NCBI RefSeq assembly: GCF_963853765.1
Contig: NC_088854.1
Coordinates: forward strand, 31,682,001 to 31,746,000
DNA: 64,000 bases
Direction: 5' to 3'
Source: Magallana gigas
Taxonomy: Eukaryota
The stretch's first letter is position 1. Each line of letters begins with the position of its first letter. The translations under genes were made by a program, and so were the position numbers. The notes under the pieces are model-generated. The model saw only the letters and a list, made by a program, of their open reading frames with translations, was not told where the DNA came from and did not search any database. This document shows, one piece after another, positions 61,351 to 64,000 of the stretch.

Positions 61351-64000
61351 TGGAAATAGGGAATAATATTATGAATAATTAATTCCTTTATAACAATTCA
61401 CTAAGAATATTGCTATTGTTGAACAAATTTTAAAGTAATTTTATTGTATCAATGGAATATTTATCAAATATAAAAATTGACTTTTCAACCAAATAAAAAT
61501 CAGATAAAAAAAATAAAGCTTCTACATTAAGTATGAAACATTAATTTCAAAAGAGTTGCCCTTTTTTCAAGAAACAGAAAAAAGGGTGTTTTTATCTAGT
61601 CTGATTTAATCAAAATAAATTTTATGGTACATTAAATATATATGCTGATCTTGTTAGCAGAAGCTGTACCCTAAAGGCAAGACGGACATCGTCAAGTTTT
61701 ATCCTGTGCTGTAGTACGCACAATAAAGATGTCCTGGAAAAGTCTAAATATTGACAGTGATGTAACAATATGGTAAACCGATACCTGCTCCAACACCAAT
61801 GAAAATTTACAGTCTCAATCTAAGTAAACATTCTTTCTATGTGAGAGTTAGCCTGAGCCACATCCTACATTGTATCAGTCGAGATATGGACTGTGTAACT
61901 TGGGACAGGTTATCACAGTATACAAACAAATATGGACAGGCCAAGAATAACACCAAAACCACTGCTGGTCTAAAGACCCTAACTGCAATTTCTAGTTCTT
62001 GGTTTGTTGATAAATCAGGCTTGTAAAAGATTATAATCATCCATGATCTATGCCCCCCTCCCTCCTTCCGCCAATATCAGAGTGTAAGATTACCAAACCA
62101 ATAGTTTGGTTAAATTCACACCTATACCCCTGTGTCAATGCGATAATCTGCGAAAACAATACAACAATTGGATTAATTATTCCACTCCATCTCATCAGGG
62201 CTTTGACAAGTTTGTACATGAATTGGAAACTAATGAATTAAAGCAAACACCTTGTTTGAACAGAAATAGTTTGTATTCTCAGTTATAGAAATTATATAAA
62301 CTCCACTGATGCAGCAGTTTTGCAGATTGCATGGAGATAATATCACCTTCACCGAAACTGCATCAATCTGGGAGTTTTTTGCCTTTTTTTTTTTTTTAAA
62401 GTGTACTTATAAAAAATAAAATAGGCCACACAATAATTTATTTTACATAAAAAAAAAAGAGATGAAAGATTACGATTATGATGATGATATCGTTTTCAAG
62501 TTATCAATAGACCCATAAATTTTCATTTGCATCAGCAGCCTTTACCAGTTGTTAACACTGTTTACAAAATCAGGGATGCATAAAACATATGTCACATTGA
62601 TAAACGGAGCTACTGTCCCTACCTGACGACCTATATAGATCAAAACTCTGCCTTTTACCTAGATAGGTGAGTAATCTCCCCTTTCAGTGGGAAAAGTTAC
62701 CTTAAATTTCCAAGCACCTGTTAATCAAACATTGGTTCTTCTCGCTCTCCTCATTGTATTACAATGTTAGGGTGCTAGAAATCTAACTAATGTTGATAGG
62801 AGGAAGAAGCTTATAGCACGGATTAATCCTTATGTAATTTACAAACAAGAACTAATCTAATCTTTTTTTGCTAGCTGCTACTTTGTGTTAGAAGATTAAG
62901 AGGGAAATGGCTTCTTTCCTGAGCAAAAGAAATTATTAGCTTCAGATAATCATCGAAAAAAGGAAAAAAGAAAAGGAGAATTAAAAGAGCTAGGAAATAA
63001 AGCATGTCTGGATGATATCCTATATAACTTGAAGACAGAAGTGGAATAGGACATTGTTCCTATAAAATTATTATGTAATTATATATGCACAGAGATTAAG
63101 AAAGAAAGGTTCAAGAGAAGAAAAAAGAATAATGCAGTATAATCAATGTAAAGGATACAAGTAGAATGAAAGTGACTGATTTTTGACAGATATCTTAATC
63201 CATGCCATTAGTCTTTGCTAGCCTCCCTAACTCACTCTCTTTCTTTCTCTCTCTCTCCAAGGGGCATAACTGCAGATCAATAAAAGCAGATACCTGTAGC
63301 CATAACAATATTAATTCCAATTTCATTTCCGCCATCAAATAAAAAAGTGCTGTTTGTCTCACTTTGAAGTGGCGCATACCTGTGATTATTACATGATAAG
63401 TGTAATTATGATGAATTAATGCGAGGCTATCTTTTCTCTGCTCTGTCATTGCCTAGTAGCCTATGGCTAGCCAAGATGGACCATGTTGGCAAATCTTCCA
63501 ATCTTGTTGTCAGCATGTGTCAGACAATAAAAATCCAATAGAGAAAAGCTCTTCTTTTTTATCTCCCTGCCAGGTGGAAGATGCATGAATGAAGTTCAAA
63601 GAGTCAATTTTAGACAAGCACTTTTCAATGAATGGAAACATTAATTTGACTCCCCTCAATATTGACCATTTGATCTTTTTTTAGCCATTGTTTATGGGTT
63701 TTGCAGCGAAAAATTTAGTCTGAGAAAGTGACTAGCAATCAATTCTGGAATTTAATGGTGACAGAGATTGTGTTGGACTTGGGAGAGAAGGGTGTAGGAT
63801 GGTGGGGAAGAAACAGGAATTCATTTATAAATTTACATGGCTCTTGGTATAGAGGTGCTTAGTTGCAAGAATTCTTTAAATAAATTCCAAATCTGCTGCA
63901 CCAGATTTCACTATTTGGCTTAATACTGCAAACCCCTAAAAAAATAAAGAAATGCGGGTTAGATATTGAACATTAACCATATTGCCAAGATAGGATATAT

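Noticed and set aside
30490-62670. Back-to-back donor-like palindromes T(T/C)ACC-N-GGT(A/G)A at ~30490, 33951, 57316 and 62655
   Set aside because: Short, variable spacing and few instances; indistinguishable from chance without conservation data.

Overview
AT-rich, intron-containing animal genomic DNA; a mollusc/bivalve origin is my inference and is not provable here. Two genes converge tail-to-tail. (1) A complete minus-strand Roundabout (Robo) axon-guidance receptor. I reconstructed 24 coding exons by hand, from 47153 (ATG, signal-peptide exon) to 8996 (TGA). All introns are GT-AG, phases match at every junction, and the CDS totals 4722 nt (1573 aa): signal peptide, 5 Ig, 3 FN3, TM, and a cytoplasmic tail with CC0/WIRS-like, CC1, CC2 and vertebrate-like C-terminal blocks. 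It has a ~19.7 kb first coding intron, probable non-coding 5' exon(s) near 60.3 kb and a ~2 kb 3'UTR. (2) The last four coding exons (1307-4059, + strand) of an unidentified helical protein ending in the class I PDZ ligand -ETDV, with a decayed hAT transposon end in its upstream intron. No rRNA, tRNA, CRISPR or prokaryotic system is present, and I found no clearly new biological system. The best leads are regulatory and isoform features of Robo: a distal 3'UTR cassette (miR-92 8mer, G-quadruplex, Pumilio sites) bracketed by alternative poly(A) signals, several phase-compatible alternative first exons, uORFs, a cryptic exon inside Ig4, and a Cys-rich cytoplasmic insert.
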